A DNA stretch of 64,000 bases from Candidatus Culexmicrobium cathedralense (GTDB lineage Archaea; Thermoproteota; Methanomethylicia; Culexarchaeales; Culexmicrobiaceae). Made by a program: the position numbers and the translations under genes. Positions 28,710-38,530 of the stretch are shown piece after piece. The notes under the pieces were generated by a model. It was not told where the DNA came from, searched no databases, and was given only the letters and a program-made list of their open reading frames with translations. Position 1 is the first letter of the stretch. Each line of letters opens with the position of its first letter. Location of the stretch: contig JANZKC010000001.1 of the NCBI GenBank assembly GCA_025061115.1, forward strand, positions 768,001 to 832,000, in the 5' to 3' direction.

Positions 28710-28802
28710 TGGAGCCCCGGGCGGGATTTGAACCCGCGACCAACGGCTTACGAGGCTCGGCGCCAAAGGCTCCGCCGCTCTGCCGGACTGAGCTACCGGG
28801 GC
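28710..28802 (-). tRNA. tRNA-Thr(CGT) with 16-nt intron at 30/31 (28756-28771)
   Basis: Spliced arm GCGGC-CTCGTAA-GCCGT; BHB GAG-CGGC-GGA-GCC ttt GGC-GCCG-AGC-CTC. Confidence 0.9.
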
Positions 28803-28964
28803 ATTTATATCCATATGCCCCATGACTGAAATAAAACTTAAAATTTTTGTATATGTCCTGATAGGCTAAACTTAATGCCCCCTAGAACTTAGAAAGACTT
28901 AGATAAGATAAGCACCTTAGGATTGAGTGAATTAAAATGAGGAGCAATACATGGAGGAAGTTAA

Positions 28965-30119
28965 ATGGGCGGTGTAGCTGTGACTGCAAAATATAATATT
29001 CGCGTTCACTTTGAAGTAGAGGGTATTGTTGAAAAGCCAGATGTTATCGGGGCAATATTTGGTCAAACAGAAGGATTGTTAGGAGACGAGCTTGATCTAA
29101 GGGAGCTGCAGAGAACTGGAAGAATCGGCAGAATACAAGTCCACTTAGAGACGAAGGGAGGAAAAACTTCGGGAGCCGTCATTATACCGTCAAGCTTGGG
29201 CAGAGTGGAAACAGCACTAATCGCAGCAGCCATTGAAACAATAGACAAAGTGGGACCATGCACTGCGAAATTCACACTTAAGGATATAGAGGATCTAAGA
29301 GAAGAGAAGAGAAGGTGGGTAATTGAGCGCGCAAAAGAAATATTGCTTAAATGGGAACAGGAAAAAATTCCTGAAACTAAAGAGCTCATTGAAAACCTAC
29401 TTCGTGAAATTAGAGTTGCAGAAATCATAAAGTTTGGAGATGAAGGATTGCCTGCAGGGCCGGATGTCCCCCACGAGGACACAATAATTATCGTAGAGGG
29501 TAGAGCTGATGTGTTAAATCTATTGAAACACGGCTATAGAAACGCCATAGCAATTGAAGGAACATCGATACCAAAAACAATTATTGAACTTAGCAAGAAA
29601 AAGAAAACCATAGCCTTCGTAGATGGAGATAGGGCAGGAGAACTAATTTTAAAGGAGCTACTTCAGGTAGCAGATATCGATTACATTGCTCGCGCTCCAC
29701 CTGGGAAAGAAGTAGAAGAATTAACTGCTAAGGAGATAGTCAAGTGCTTATCAAGCTTAACTCCTGCAGGCCAGTTTCTATCTCAGTTAGAAAAAGCCAA
29801 ACAAAAAGCTAGAGTAACATATGTACCGCAAATTCCTGATCATGCCATTAGAAAGGCCAAGGAAATCATAGGAACACTAAAGGCAGTAATATATGATAAA
29901 AGGTGGAAAGCAATTAAGGAAATTTCAGTTAGGGATCTAGCAGAACAACTACAGAAAATTGAAAACGTCTATGCAATAGTATTTGACGGAATAATAACAC
30001 AACGACTAGTTGACATCGCAGGGGAAAAAGGAGTAAACTTAATTGTTGGAGCAAGAATTGGAAGCATAACTAAACGGCCAGCAACACTCACACTACTAAC
30101 ATTCGAAAACATAATTTAA
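28965..30119 (+). CDS. dnaG: Archaeal DnaG-like protein (TOPRIM; exosome-associated)
   Basis: VEKPDVIGAIFGQTEG, IVEGRADV, FVDGDRAG, VFDGIITQRL. Confidence 0.95.
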   Translation: MGGVAVTAKYNIRVHFEVEGIVEKPDVIGAIFGQTEGLLGDELDLRELQRTGRIGRIQVHLETKGGKTSGAVIIPSSLGRVETALIAAAIETIDKVGPCTAKFTLKDIEDLREEKRRWVIERAKEILLKWEQEKIPETKELIENLLREIRVAEIIKFGDEGLPAGPDVPHEDTIIIVEGRADVLNLLKHGYRNAIAIEGTSIPKTIIELSKKKKTIAFVDGDRAGELILKELLQVADIDYIARAPPGKEVEELTAKEIVKCLSSLTPAGQFLSQLEKAKQKARVTYVPQIPDHAIRKAKEIIGTLKAVIYDKRWKAIKEISVRDLAEQLQKIENVYAIVFDGIITQRLVDIAGEKGVNLIVGARIGSITKRPATLTLLTFENII

Positions 30120-30179
30120 TTTATTACCGCCCAAACCAATAATATTTTGATTTGAAAAGAGCTGCCGAAGGCGAGAATA

Positions 30180-31430
30180 TTGGAAAATGAGAGAGTTAAA
30201 AAGTTATTTGATGATTTTAAGTGTGCAGCTGAAACCCTCAAAGAGAAAGCTGTTGAGAAAGTGCATATAATTTATCATGATGACGCAGATGGAGTGACAG
30301 CAGCAGCCATATTAAAAGCATCACTTGAAAGAAGGCAAATTCAAGTTAAAATGATATGCATTGAAAAGCTCTACCCAGAAATCATCGAAAAACTACATAG
30401 CGAGAAAGGCAAAGTCTACATTTATGCAGATATCGGAGCACCTCATGCAGATAGGATATCCAGCGTAAACAAGGGAAGAAATCTAACTATAATACTAGAT
30501 CACCACGACACCTTACTCTCATCAGATCCAGCAGTGATCAACTTGGATCCAGAGCTTTATGGAATTAGCGGAGAGGAGGAAGCTAGCGGCGCAACTGTTT
30601 GCTACCTCTTCTCTAAAATTCTCTCTGAAAGAAATGTTGACTTAGCGCATTTAGCAGTAATTGGCTCATCAGAGATACCAGGCCCAGTTAGAGGCTTAAA
30701 CTTGATAGCTTTAGAAGATGCTTTAAAGGTCGGAACTATCCAAGTGAAGCAAGTAAATGAAGAAAAGAAGTATTTAGTTACAGCTTATGGGAGGCCTGAG
30801 CCTAGAGAGAAGATAGCATCTAAATTGACAGCCATGGCAGCAATTGGATACTACATAGGCGGCCCTAAAAGGGCAGTAAATGCTTGTCTATCAGGTTTTT
30901 CGGAGAGAGACTTGCAATTTATTAAGGAGCTCGATCAACAGCGCAGGAAAGTAAATCGACAACTCATAGCAAAACTCAAACATTCAGGCATTCGACAAGC
31001 TAGATTTGTCCAGTGGTTTCACGCCTACGACGCCTACAAGGGCATGGGAGTAAAAACCATAGGTACCTTCTGTAGCTACTTATCATTTCAAAAGTGGATT
31101 AACCAAGGGAAGTATTTGATCGGCTTCATGTACATGTCCAGAGTCATACCTGAATTAGGAGAATTAAGTAGGGATTACGTTAAATTTTCGGCAAGAGTCC
31201 CTAAACAATTAGCTCTAGCAATAAGGGATGGACGAATGCCACCTATATCAACAGCACTATCAGAAGCTGCCAAGGTATTTGGAGGATTCGCGGATGGGCA
31301 TGACGTTGCAGCATCGGGGGTAATACCTAGGGGTTTCGAAAAAGAGTTCATCAAGAAATTAGATGAAATCATTTCAAGATGTGCCGCAAGTTCATCGCCG
31401 TTTAAACCAAAAGTCCAGCGTTACAGTTGA
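30180..31430 (+). CDS. DHH-family phosphoesterase (RecJ/GAN-like)
   Basis: YHDDADG, ADIG, ILDHH, DGHDVAASG. Confidence 0.85.
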   Translation: MENERVKKLFDDFKCAAETLKEKAVEKVHIIYHDDADGVTAAAILKASLERRQIQVKMICIEKLYPEIIEKLHSEKGKVYIYADIGAPHADRISSVNKGRNLTIILDHHDTLLSSDPAVINLDPELYGISGEEEASGATVCYLFSKILSERNVDLAHLAVIGSSEIPGPVRGLNLIALEDALKVGTIQVKQVNEEKKYLVTAYGRPEPREKIASKLTAMAAIGYYIGGPKRAVNACLSGFSERDLQFIKELDQQRRKVNRQLIAKLKHSGIRQARFVQWFHAYDAYKGMGVKTIGTFCSYLSFQKWINQGKYLIGFMYMSRVIPELGELSRDYVKFSARVPKQLALAIRDGRMPPISTALSEAAKVFGGFADGHDVAASGVIPRGFEKEFIKKLDEIISRCAASSSPFKPKVQRYS

Positions 31431-33779
31431 AGGAGGCTTAAGTATAGAATCTTCTGTGAAGCCGAAGACTGACAATACGCGTAAAGCTGATGGCAAGATC
31501 TGCTTGGAGACATAGTAATCTAAGTCTAAGTCATCATAATCGGCCATAAAGTAAGGCTTGGCTCTATCGGAAAGCCTCTTCGATGTTCCTTTAATTATCA
31601 CGAAGCCAACCTTATCTCCAACTTCAAGGGAATACCCTGCGCTTAGTAGCATTCTTGCAACTCTTACGTGGGGAGCGTCAACTTCATACTCGTTAAGGGA
31701 TTTTGCCAGTGTTTTCCAGATTATTAGCTTCTCAAAGGGAACTCGCTTAGACCTCAAATCATCAACTACTTTTCTAACATATTCTGCAGCTGCGCTTGGG
31801 GATCTTCGCTTTAAAATTATTTCAATTACTTTGAGCTGCACTTCTTGTGCAAGTTCGCACCAGTCTCCACGTACAGCCTCGAAACCGATAACCTCAACAC
31901 GCCCATCTTGAAGGAGACCGGCGTACCGCTTAGCAGCTTCAGTGAATATGCATGCTTCGTAAATTTTATCAATTTTAATTTCCAGCCCAATTTCTCTCTC
32001 AACTTCTGCTATGAAGGCATCTACTTTTTCAGGAACATATTTGACAAATAAGGAATCAGTATCCCCATAAATTATTCGGAGTGAAATTCTTCTTGCAATG
32101 TCTATGGCCTCTTTAATTGTTTCTCTACCGAAAGCTGCAGTAGCTTCTGCACAGGGTTTAACATACCATCTAGCTCCAAGCCATCCAGTGTATCCATAGC
32201 ATGCATTAGCAATGACTTTGATCGCCTTTTGACGGTTATCGAGGATCAGGTATTCTGGAGAGGCGATATCCAAAAGCTTCATTTGCTCCTTGATCTGCTT
32301 TCTCAAGGCAAGCAACTTTTCTAAAACGCGCTTAAAGAACCCTGGCGGGCTTTTCCTAAATCTATGCCCAACCTCGGGAGCGATGAAACATTCATCAGGA
32401 GATAGCGATTCATCCGGAGGAATATAGGTGTCGGGACTTATGTTGTACTTTATCATCAAGCTTGGATACATAGCTGAGAAATCTATCACCGCGATATTCT
32501 CATGCAAGCCTTTTATCGGCTTTAAAACTAATGCGCCGCGATATGGAACGTATGGTCTTTCAACTCTATTTGGAATTAGCTCATTTTCTTTGAAAGCTTG
32601 GCGAATTAAGAACCACTCCACACGAAAGCCAACTGGAGCTGCCAAGACTTGGTCAAGAGGAATGCCAGTGACACTTGAAAGCTGAATTGCGAAAGGCAGT
32701 GCCTTCTCTGCAATTTTTAACGTCAACTCAGCAGCTTCCATCGAATGCTTAAGTAGGTCTGGACGCCTACTTTGGTCGCCCCAATATTGATATACCCAGG
32801 GCGGTTTAAGCAGGAATTGCTCTTCTTTAGGCTTTACATTCAGGTAGTCAGCCACATTTCCTAGAGTCTTTATTTTAATAGCATAGAGATCCTCTGCATA
32901 ATCAAGCATGTCAACATTAGCTCGCCCTGCAATAGATATGTGGCCATATATGCTTGTTTGTGGTTCTGAGAATTCCCTGCTGAGCGGAATGCGGGCATTC
33001 AGGCTTTTTGCCCTAGCTAGAATGTATGGCCAAACAAACCTATTAGAGTTGTAACCAACAATGACGTCAGGATTCACTTCAACAATATAACTTGCAAAAT
33101 TCTCTAGAAGAGTCCTCTCATCAAGCTCTTCGAGAGTGAATTGCGCTTTTTCACCGGTATTCGTAACTACCGTAATAACTACGATGGGATCGCTGTGCGC
33201 CTTTGGAGAGCCTTTGGGACTAAAATACTCAACATCGAAGGAAAGAATTTTTAAATCAGGCATATCTCGACGTTCAATTGGTTTGGGTTCACTTTTCATT
33301 TCATAAATTGCATCTACACGTATGTTTTCTTTATTATCGAGAGGAGCCACTTCGGCAGAGTGCCAAGCACAGGGGTAAACGCCTTTATCAACCATATATC
33401 TCATATAAAATCGTATATCAGCTTCAAGGACATCCTTTACACCGGAAATTTTTGATATTTTTTCCTTTAAAAGGGACAGTGCAGTAGGCAACAAGCATTC
33501 CACTTTAAGTGCGGTTACTGGCTTGCCGAAAAAGAATTTGTTAACTTGCTGAATGCTTAATACGGGGGCAGTGGGACTGCTCAATTTTTTGATGTTGTTA
33601 GTGATGGACTCAAGAAAGCTGTTGTCTTTCGGTAAGACATAGAAATACGGTCTAAAAGTCCGGTCTAATATCAAAACGCGCTTACCATCATCTGTTATGC
33701 TCCAAAAACAAATGATAGGCACATTATCTTGAATGGCATACGTTACATCTAATGGCCAAAAGGTGAGGATCTTCCTCAC
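31392..33779 (-). CDS. polB: Family B DNA polymerase (PolB3-type) with degenerate 3'-5' exonuclease motifs
   Basis: DFSAMYPS, KVIANACYGY, YGDTDSLF, VRGDW, C-terminal PIP-like TLDFWF. Confidence 0.93.
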   Translation of the reverse strand: MRKILTFWPLDVTYAIQDNVPIICFWSITDDGKRVLILDRTFRPYFYVLPKDNSFLESITNNIKKLSSPTAPVLSIQQVNKFFFGKPVTALKVECLLPTALSLLKEKISKISGVKDVLEADIRFYMRYMVDKGVYPCAWHSAEVAPLDNKENIRVDAIYEMKSEPKPIERRDMPDLKILSFDVEYFSPKGSPKAHSDPIVVITVVTNTGEKAQFTLEELDERTLLENFASYIVEVNPDVIVGYNSNRFVWPYILARAKSLNARIPLSREFSEPQTSIYGHISIAGRANVDMLDYAEDLYAIKIKTLGNVADYLNVKPKEEQFLLKPPWVYQYWGDQSRRPDLLKHSMEAAELTLKIAEKALPFAIQLSSVTGIPLDQVLAAPVGFRVEWFLIRQAFKENELIPNRVERPYVPYRGALVLKPIKGLHENIAVIDFSAMYPSLMIKYNISPDTYIPPDESLSPDECFIAPEVGHRFRKSPPGFFKRVLEKLLALRKQIKEQMKLLDIASPEYLILDNRQKAIKVIANACYGYTGWLGARWYVKPCAEATAAFGRETIKEAIDIARRISLRIIYGDTDSLFVKYVPEKVDAFIAEVEREIGLEIKIDKIYEACIFTEAAKRYAGLLQDGRVEVIGFEAVRGDWCELAQEVQLKVIEIILKRRSPSAAAEYVRKVVDDLRSKRVPFEKLIIWKTLAKSLNEYEVDAPHVRVARMLLSAGYSLEVGDKVGFVIIKGTSKRLSDRAKPYFMADYDDLDLDYYVSKQILPSALRVLSVFGFTEDSILKPPSTVTLDFWFKRR

Positions 33780-34294
33780 AAATCAACGCCCCAATAAGTA
33801 TTCTCACAAACAAACTTATTCTTCTCGGTTAATATTTTAAACATGATAATTGCACTTTCATTATCCCTATAGTACTGGGGGATCTGATAAGCTTCTTTAA
33901 ATCCAAGTTTCAGGTATAATTTTATGGCAGCTAAATTGCTGACTCTAACTTCGAGCCTCAGAATTTTCACGCCCAACGTTCTGGCTCTTTCTTCAACTGA
34001 AGCAAGAAGGGCAGTTGCTATTCCCTTACGCCGATGGTGTGGGGAAACCGCCAATGACAATATGTGACCTAAATATTTTCGCCTAACTAATAAAATTACG
34101 TACCCAACAACTTTACCATTTAACTCTGCAACAAGAAACGTTTCTCTTGCCATTTGCAAAAGCATTTTGAGAAGGGATCTTGGATATGGATCTTTAAATG
34201 AGCGAACTTCAATCTCAAATATTTCACATATATCCTCCTCTCTCGCCGGCCGAATAGATAATTTTCTGCAAGAGCTCGAGCTGATCATCTGCAC
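33776..34294 (-). CDS. RimI/Ard1-like GNAT N-acetyltransferase
   Basis: GHILSLAVSPHHRRKGIA, LEVRVSN, LYLKLGF, YYRDNESA. Confidence 0.9.
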   Translation of the reverse strand: MQMISSSSCRKLSIRPAREEDICEIFEIEVRSFKDPYPRSLLKMLLQMARETFLVAELNGKVVGYVILLVRRKYLGHILSLAVSPHHRRKGIATALLASVEERARTLGVKILRLEVRVSNLAAIKLYLKLGFKEAYQIPQYYRDNESAIIMFKILTEKNKFVCENTYWGVDL

Positions 34295-34374
34295 CTACTC
34301 ATTAAGAATCTTTATTAAAAGCACAATTAAATTTAGGTATAAGACGTCACTTAATACTCTAATGTGGTGAGAAT

Positions 34375-35043
34375 ATGAGAGTGAGATGGCTTGGGCATGC
34401 TGGTTTTGATATAGAGATCTTAGGGAGACGAATATTAATAGATCCATGGCTCACAGGAAACCCTATGGCCAAGAATAAACCCGAAGAATTTAAGAAAGTG
34501 GACGTTATTCTCGTTACCCACGACCATGGCGACCACTTAGGTGATGCCATAGAGATTGCCAAAAACACAGGCGCAACCTTTGTTGGCATTTACGAGTTAA
34601 GCCAATATGCACTATCACAGGGAGTTAAGGAAGCCGTGGGAATGAACATTGGAGGTTCAACAGTAGTAAAAGACTTGGAAGTAATAATGGTCCCTGCATT
34701 TCACTCATGCGAAAAAGGCGCTCCTGTAGGCTTTGTAGTTCAGCATGGAGCTGAAAGCGTTTATCACGCAGGAGATACCTCAGTTTTTAGTGACATGAAA
34801 CTCATAGGGGAACTATACAAACCTAAGCTGGCTCTGCTTCCTATAGGAAGCCACTTCACAATGGGACCAAAAGAGGCAGCTAAAGCTGTAGAGCTAATAA
34901 AGCCAAAGGTGGTGATTCCAATGCATTATAATACATTTCCAGTGATAAGACAAGATCCTCATGAATTCGAAGGACTAGTTAAGGAAGTTGCTCCCGAAGT
35001 AAGGGTAATTATAGCGGAAGTTGGGAAGTGGATTGAAATTTAG
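34375..35043 (+). CDS. UPF0173 metallo-beta-lactamase-fold hydrolase
   Basis: WLGHAGF, THDHGDH, YHAGDT, IPMHYNTF. Confidence 0.92.
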   Translation: MRVRWLGHAGFDIEILGRRILIDPWLTGNPMAKNKPEEFKKVDVILVTHDHGDHLGDAIEIAKNTGATFVGIYELSQYALSQGVKEAVGMNIGGSTVVKDLEVIMVPAFHSCEKGAPVGFVVQHGAESVYHAGDTSVFSDMKLIGELYKPKLALLPIGSHFTMGPKEAAKAVELIKPKVVIPMHYNTFPVIRQDPHEFEGLVKEVAPEVRVIIAEVGKWIEI

Positions 35044-35092
35044 GGGAAACAGAAAGCCCTTGAGATGTAAACGTTATTAGAGAAGAGGAATC

Positions 35093-36610
35093 ATGAGAAT
35101 AATCAACAATCTCGGCGACATCGAAGTAATGATTCTTGAAAAACTGAAGGAAGCGGGAGGTAAACGTAAACTAGAAGTTCTAGCAAGGGAACTCGCAAAA
35201 ACTACATCGACAATAGCTTCGATCATTGAGAACTTAGCTAAGAAAGGAGCTGTAGCAGTTGTTAAAAAAAAGCTGATATCGGTTTCACTGACTAATGAAG
35301 GTTTAAAGTATGCTAGGGATGGTTTACCGGAAAGAAAAGTATTGCAGAAATTAATCGAAATGGGAGGAAGAGCCCCAATAAGGAGATTAGCATCAAATAG
35401 AAAGATTGGCGAGGAGATAAAAGTTGCAATTGGCTGGGCTAAGAAAAAAGGGTGGATAAAAATAGAGAAGAAAGGAGCAGAGCAGATAGTACAAGTGCTA
35501 ATTGAAAATCCACCAGAGGGATATGACGAGAAAATACTTAAGGAGCTTAGCCAGTCAAGTGGAAGCATTTTCATTAATAAATTAGACTATGAGCTTTATA
35601 GTGCGCTTCAAGATCTAAAAACTAGGAAACTTGTAGTGATCAAAGAGAAAACTGATGCAATAATTTTCCTTACAAGTGAGGGGAAAGAAGTGTTAGCTCA
35701 CGCAGGTGAAAAGCAGGTTATAAACGTACTTGCGCGCGAACACATAATAAAGGGCACATGGAGAAAATGCTATTTCAAACAATACAATGTAACTGCCCAG
35801 CCACCAAGAATCTATCCCGGCAAACAGCACTTCCTTAACGAAATAATAGACAGGGTAAGGCAAACATTGTTATTCATGGGGTTTGAGGAATGTTTTGGGA
35901 AATTTATAGAGTTGGAGTTTTGGAGTTTTGACATGCTATTTTACGCTCAGGATCATCCTTCAAGAAGCTTAAGCGAAGTTTATTGGATTAAAAAACCAGA
36001 AGAAGGCAACATATTAGATAAAGAGCTAATTGATAAAGTGAAAGCCGTCCATGAACATGGATGGATTACAGGTTCAAGAGGGTGGGGAGGTAAATGGAGC
36101 TTACAGCGTTCTAAAAAGCTTATCTTAAGCATAGAACCATTACCCCCCATAATCAGGTATCTATTCGCCCGCAAGAAAACACCCATAAAGGCATTTTGTA
36201 TCTTAAGGACATTTAAACGAGAAATGGCTGATGCCGATGTTCCCATGGAAAGCATAAAGCTAGGCGGCATGTATTGTGATGAAGACGCAAATATGAGCAA
36301 GCTAATTGGAATAATTAAGAAAATACTGCTAGAGCTAGAAATAAGTGAAGTAAAAGTGAGGCCAACGTACTTGTCGTATGCGGAGCCCAGCATTGAAGTT
36401 AGGATAAAGCAAGACAAGGAAAATTGGCTTTCATGTGCGGTTGGAGGTTTTCTCAGACCTGAAATTGGGAAAGTACTTGATCTGGAGATGCCAGCTGTAA
36501 TTTGGAGCATGAATTTAAATGATATTGCTATTGCTTGCTTAAATTTGAGCGGGTATCGAGAAATTTACGCTAGTGACCTTAATGTTTTAAGAAGGTTAGG
36601 CGCGAAGTGA
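35093..36610 (+). CDS. Phenylalanyl-tRNA synthetase alpha-like protein, catalytically degenerate paralog
   Basis: Archaeal PheS architecture (GLPERK, QDHPSR, VKAVHEHG..TGSRGWG, EPS, LRPE), but motif 2 reads FKREMADADVPMESIKLGG and motif 3 reads WSMNLNDIAI. Confidence 0.85.
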   Translation: MRIINNLGDIEVMILEKLKEAGGKRKLEVLARELAKTTSTIASIIENLAKKGAVAVVKKKLISVSLTNEGLKYARDGLPERKVLQKLIEMGGRAPIRRLASNRKIGEEIKVAIGWAKKKGWIKIEKKGAEQIVQVLIENPPEGYDEKILKELSQSSGSIFINKLDYELYSALQDLKTRKLVVIKEKTDAIIFLTSEGKEVLAHAGEKQVINVLAREHIIKGTWRKCYFKQYNVTAQPPRIYPGKQHFLNEIIDRVRQTLLFMGFEECFGKFIELEFWSFDMLFYAQDHPSRSLSEVYWIKKPEEGNILDKELIDKVKAVHEHGWITGSRGWGGKWSLQRSKKLILSIEPLPPIIRYLFARKKTPIKAFCILRTFKREMADADVPMESIKLGGMYCDEDANMSKLIGIIKKILLELEISEVKVRPTYLSYAEPSIEVRIKQDKENWLSCAVGGFLRPEIGKVLDLEMPAVIWSMNLNDIAIACLNLSGYREIYASDLNVLRRLGAK

Positions 36611-36616
36611 TTTTTC

Positions 36617-38293
36617 ATGATACCAATAACAGTAAGTCTGAAAGATCTGCAGTCGTTAATTGGTGAAGAACTAGGCGTAAATGAGATCTTAAAATTATTG
36701 GCGATGACTAAGTGTGAAATAAAGCATGTCAAAGGAGATTTGATAGAGCTTATGGTTCCACTTGATAGACCGGATCTTTTTTCAGTGGAGGGAGTCAGCA
36801 GAGCTCTAAGATGCATCATGGGAACTTATAGGAAGCCCATAATTGACAAGAATGAGAAATGCATATGTCAAGTTTACGTAGATAGTGAAGTTCTCGACAT
36901 AAGACCTTACATTGCTTCTGCAGTGATTAGAGAAGTAAAACTGAGTTGCAAAGCACTAAGACAGATGACACAGCTCAGGAGGAAATTGCATGAAACATAC
37001 TGCAGAGGAAAGCTTCTTGCTTCGATAGAAATTCACGACTACAACTTAACTACGCCACCTCTTACATACTCAGTTAAAGGAGAAGAAGACATAACATTAA
37101 AACCACGCGGAGAAGGAAGAAAATTAAGGTTAACTGAAATTCTGAGGAGAGAACCTTGGAAAAAGCATGCTTATCTACTATTCGGCTACAATCGGCTTCC
37201 AGTAATGGTTGATTCTAAAGGGGAAGTACTATCCGTTCCACCAATTATTGAAAGTGATGAAACAAAAATCACTGCGAATTCATCGGACATACTTCTCATA
37301 GTCACTGGAATAAATGAAAGAGTTGTTGAAGAAGCTTTGGAGATAGTTGCGGCAAACCTCTTGGAGAGGGGAGGAATTTTAAAGCGGGTTGAAATACGGT
37401 ATCCTGACACTTTGTTGATTACTCCTAAAATGGAACCTAGAGAAATCATCATCGAGCCGCAACAGGTGGAGAAAGTCCTTGGAGTTAAAATTGACTTAAA
37501 CAAGTTAATGGCTCTTTTAGTTAAAAGCGGATTTGAAGTAAAAAGCGAAAATGGAAAAGTGAAGGTCGGCGTCCCACCCTACCGCGCTGATGTGATTCAT
37601 GAAATCGACGTAATAGAGGATATAGGAATAGTTTATGGCTTCGATAACATAAAAGGAGGGCCGCTCAGCGTTCTCGCGCCAGGAAAGGCATACCCCATGA
37701 ACAAATTGGCAATGAGAGCAAGAAGGATCATGACCGCCTTGGGATTCCAAGAAATAATAACATGCGTCTTATCCGACAGGAAGGATTTATTAAATAAAAT
37801 GCTTTTAAAAGAAGAGAAAATAATTGAAGTAATAAATCCCATAATTCGAAAATATTCTGCTATAAGGAACTGGCTAATGCCAAAACTTTTAGAATTCCTA
37901 AGCAATAACAAGCATGCACCATATCCTCAAAAGATCTTTGAAATTGGAGAAGTAGCATTAATTTGTGAGGGGGATGAGGAAACAGGAGTAAAGTGCACCT
38001 TAAAGCTAGCAGCGGCAATAACAGATTATAAGGCAGGGTATGGAGACATCCAGGCGACACTATTTGCACTCCTTGAAAATCTGCAAATTCCATTTAAGCT
38101 CGAGCCAACATACCATCCAAGCTTCATCCGTGGTAGGACAGCCCAAATAAGAATTCATAATAGCGTAGTCGGAATAATTGGTGAAATCTATCCAGAAGTT
38201 TTAGAAAACTTCAAGTTGGAAAATCCGGTGGCAGCATTTGAAATGGATTTAGGGAAAATTGCTGCATGCTATCCACAGGAAAGCCGGAAATGA
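36617..38293 (+). CDS. Phenylalanyl-tRNA synthetase beta-like protein (divergent)
   Basis: DRPDLFSVEGVSRAL, IRPYIASAVI, PPYRADVIHEIDVIED, YPQKIFEIG, SFIRGRTA. Confidence 0.88.
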   Translation: MIPITVSLKDLQSLIGEELGVNEILKLLAMTKCEIKHVKGDLIELMVPLDRPDLFSVEGVSRALRCIMGTYRKPIIDKNEKCICQVYVDSEVLDIRPYIASAVIREVKLSCKALRQMTQLRRKLHETYCRGKLLASIEIHDYNLTTPPLTYSVKGEEDITLKPRGEGRKLRLTEILRREPWKKHAYLLFGYNRLPVMVDSKGEVLSVPPIIESDETKITANSSDILLIVTGINERVVEEALEIVAANLLERGGILKRVEIRYPDTLLITPKMEPREIIIEPQQVEKVLGVKIDLNKLMALLVKSGFEVKSENGKVKVGVPPYRADVIHEIDVIEDIGIVYGFDNIKGGPLSVLAPGKAYPMNKLAMRARRIMTALGFQEIITCVLSDRKDLLNKMLLKEEKIIEVINPIIRKYSAIRNWLMPKLLEFLSNNKHAPYPQKIFEIGEVALICEGDEETGVKCTLKLAAAITDYKAGYGDIQATLFALLENLQIPFKLEPTYHPSFIRGRTAQIRIHNSVVGIIGEIYPEVLENFKLENPVAAFEMDLGKIAACYPQESRK

Positions 38294-38306
38294 GCAAACT
38301 CTTAGG

Positions 38307-38400
38307 TGGTGGGGCCGCGGAGATTTGAACTCCGGTCACGGGGACCCATTGGGGGAACAGCGTTCTAACCCCGCAGCCTTCCAGGCTAGCCTACGGCCCC
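38307..38400 (-). tRNA. tRNA-Pro(TGG) with 18-nt intron at 33/34 (38349-38366)
   Basis: Spliced CGGGG-TT-TGG-GT-CCCCG; BHB GGGG-TTA-GAAC gct GTTC-CCCC-AAT; GGGGCCG/CGGCCCC-A-CCA. Confidence 0.88.
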
Positions 38401-38530
38401 ACAATGATTAGCCGGCACAGACTTCTAGAAAGAAAATGCATAGTCCCAGCTTAAATATTTGCTGACAAGCCATCAAACACATTTATTATTCATAGTATTA
38501 AAATAAAGTTAATTCGTGGAGAGGAAGTGA

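Noticed and set aside
35093-36610. Canonical pheS, SepRS or PylRS call
   Set aside because: Architecture is PheS-like with a PheT partner, but the motif 2/3 arginines needed by any active class II synthetase are missing, so the gene symbol is withheld
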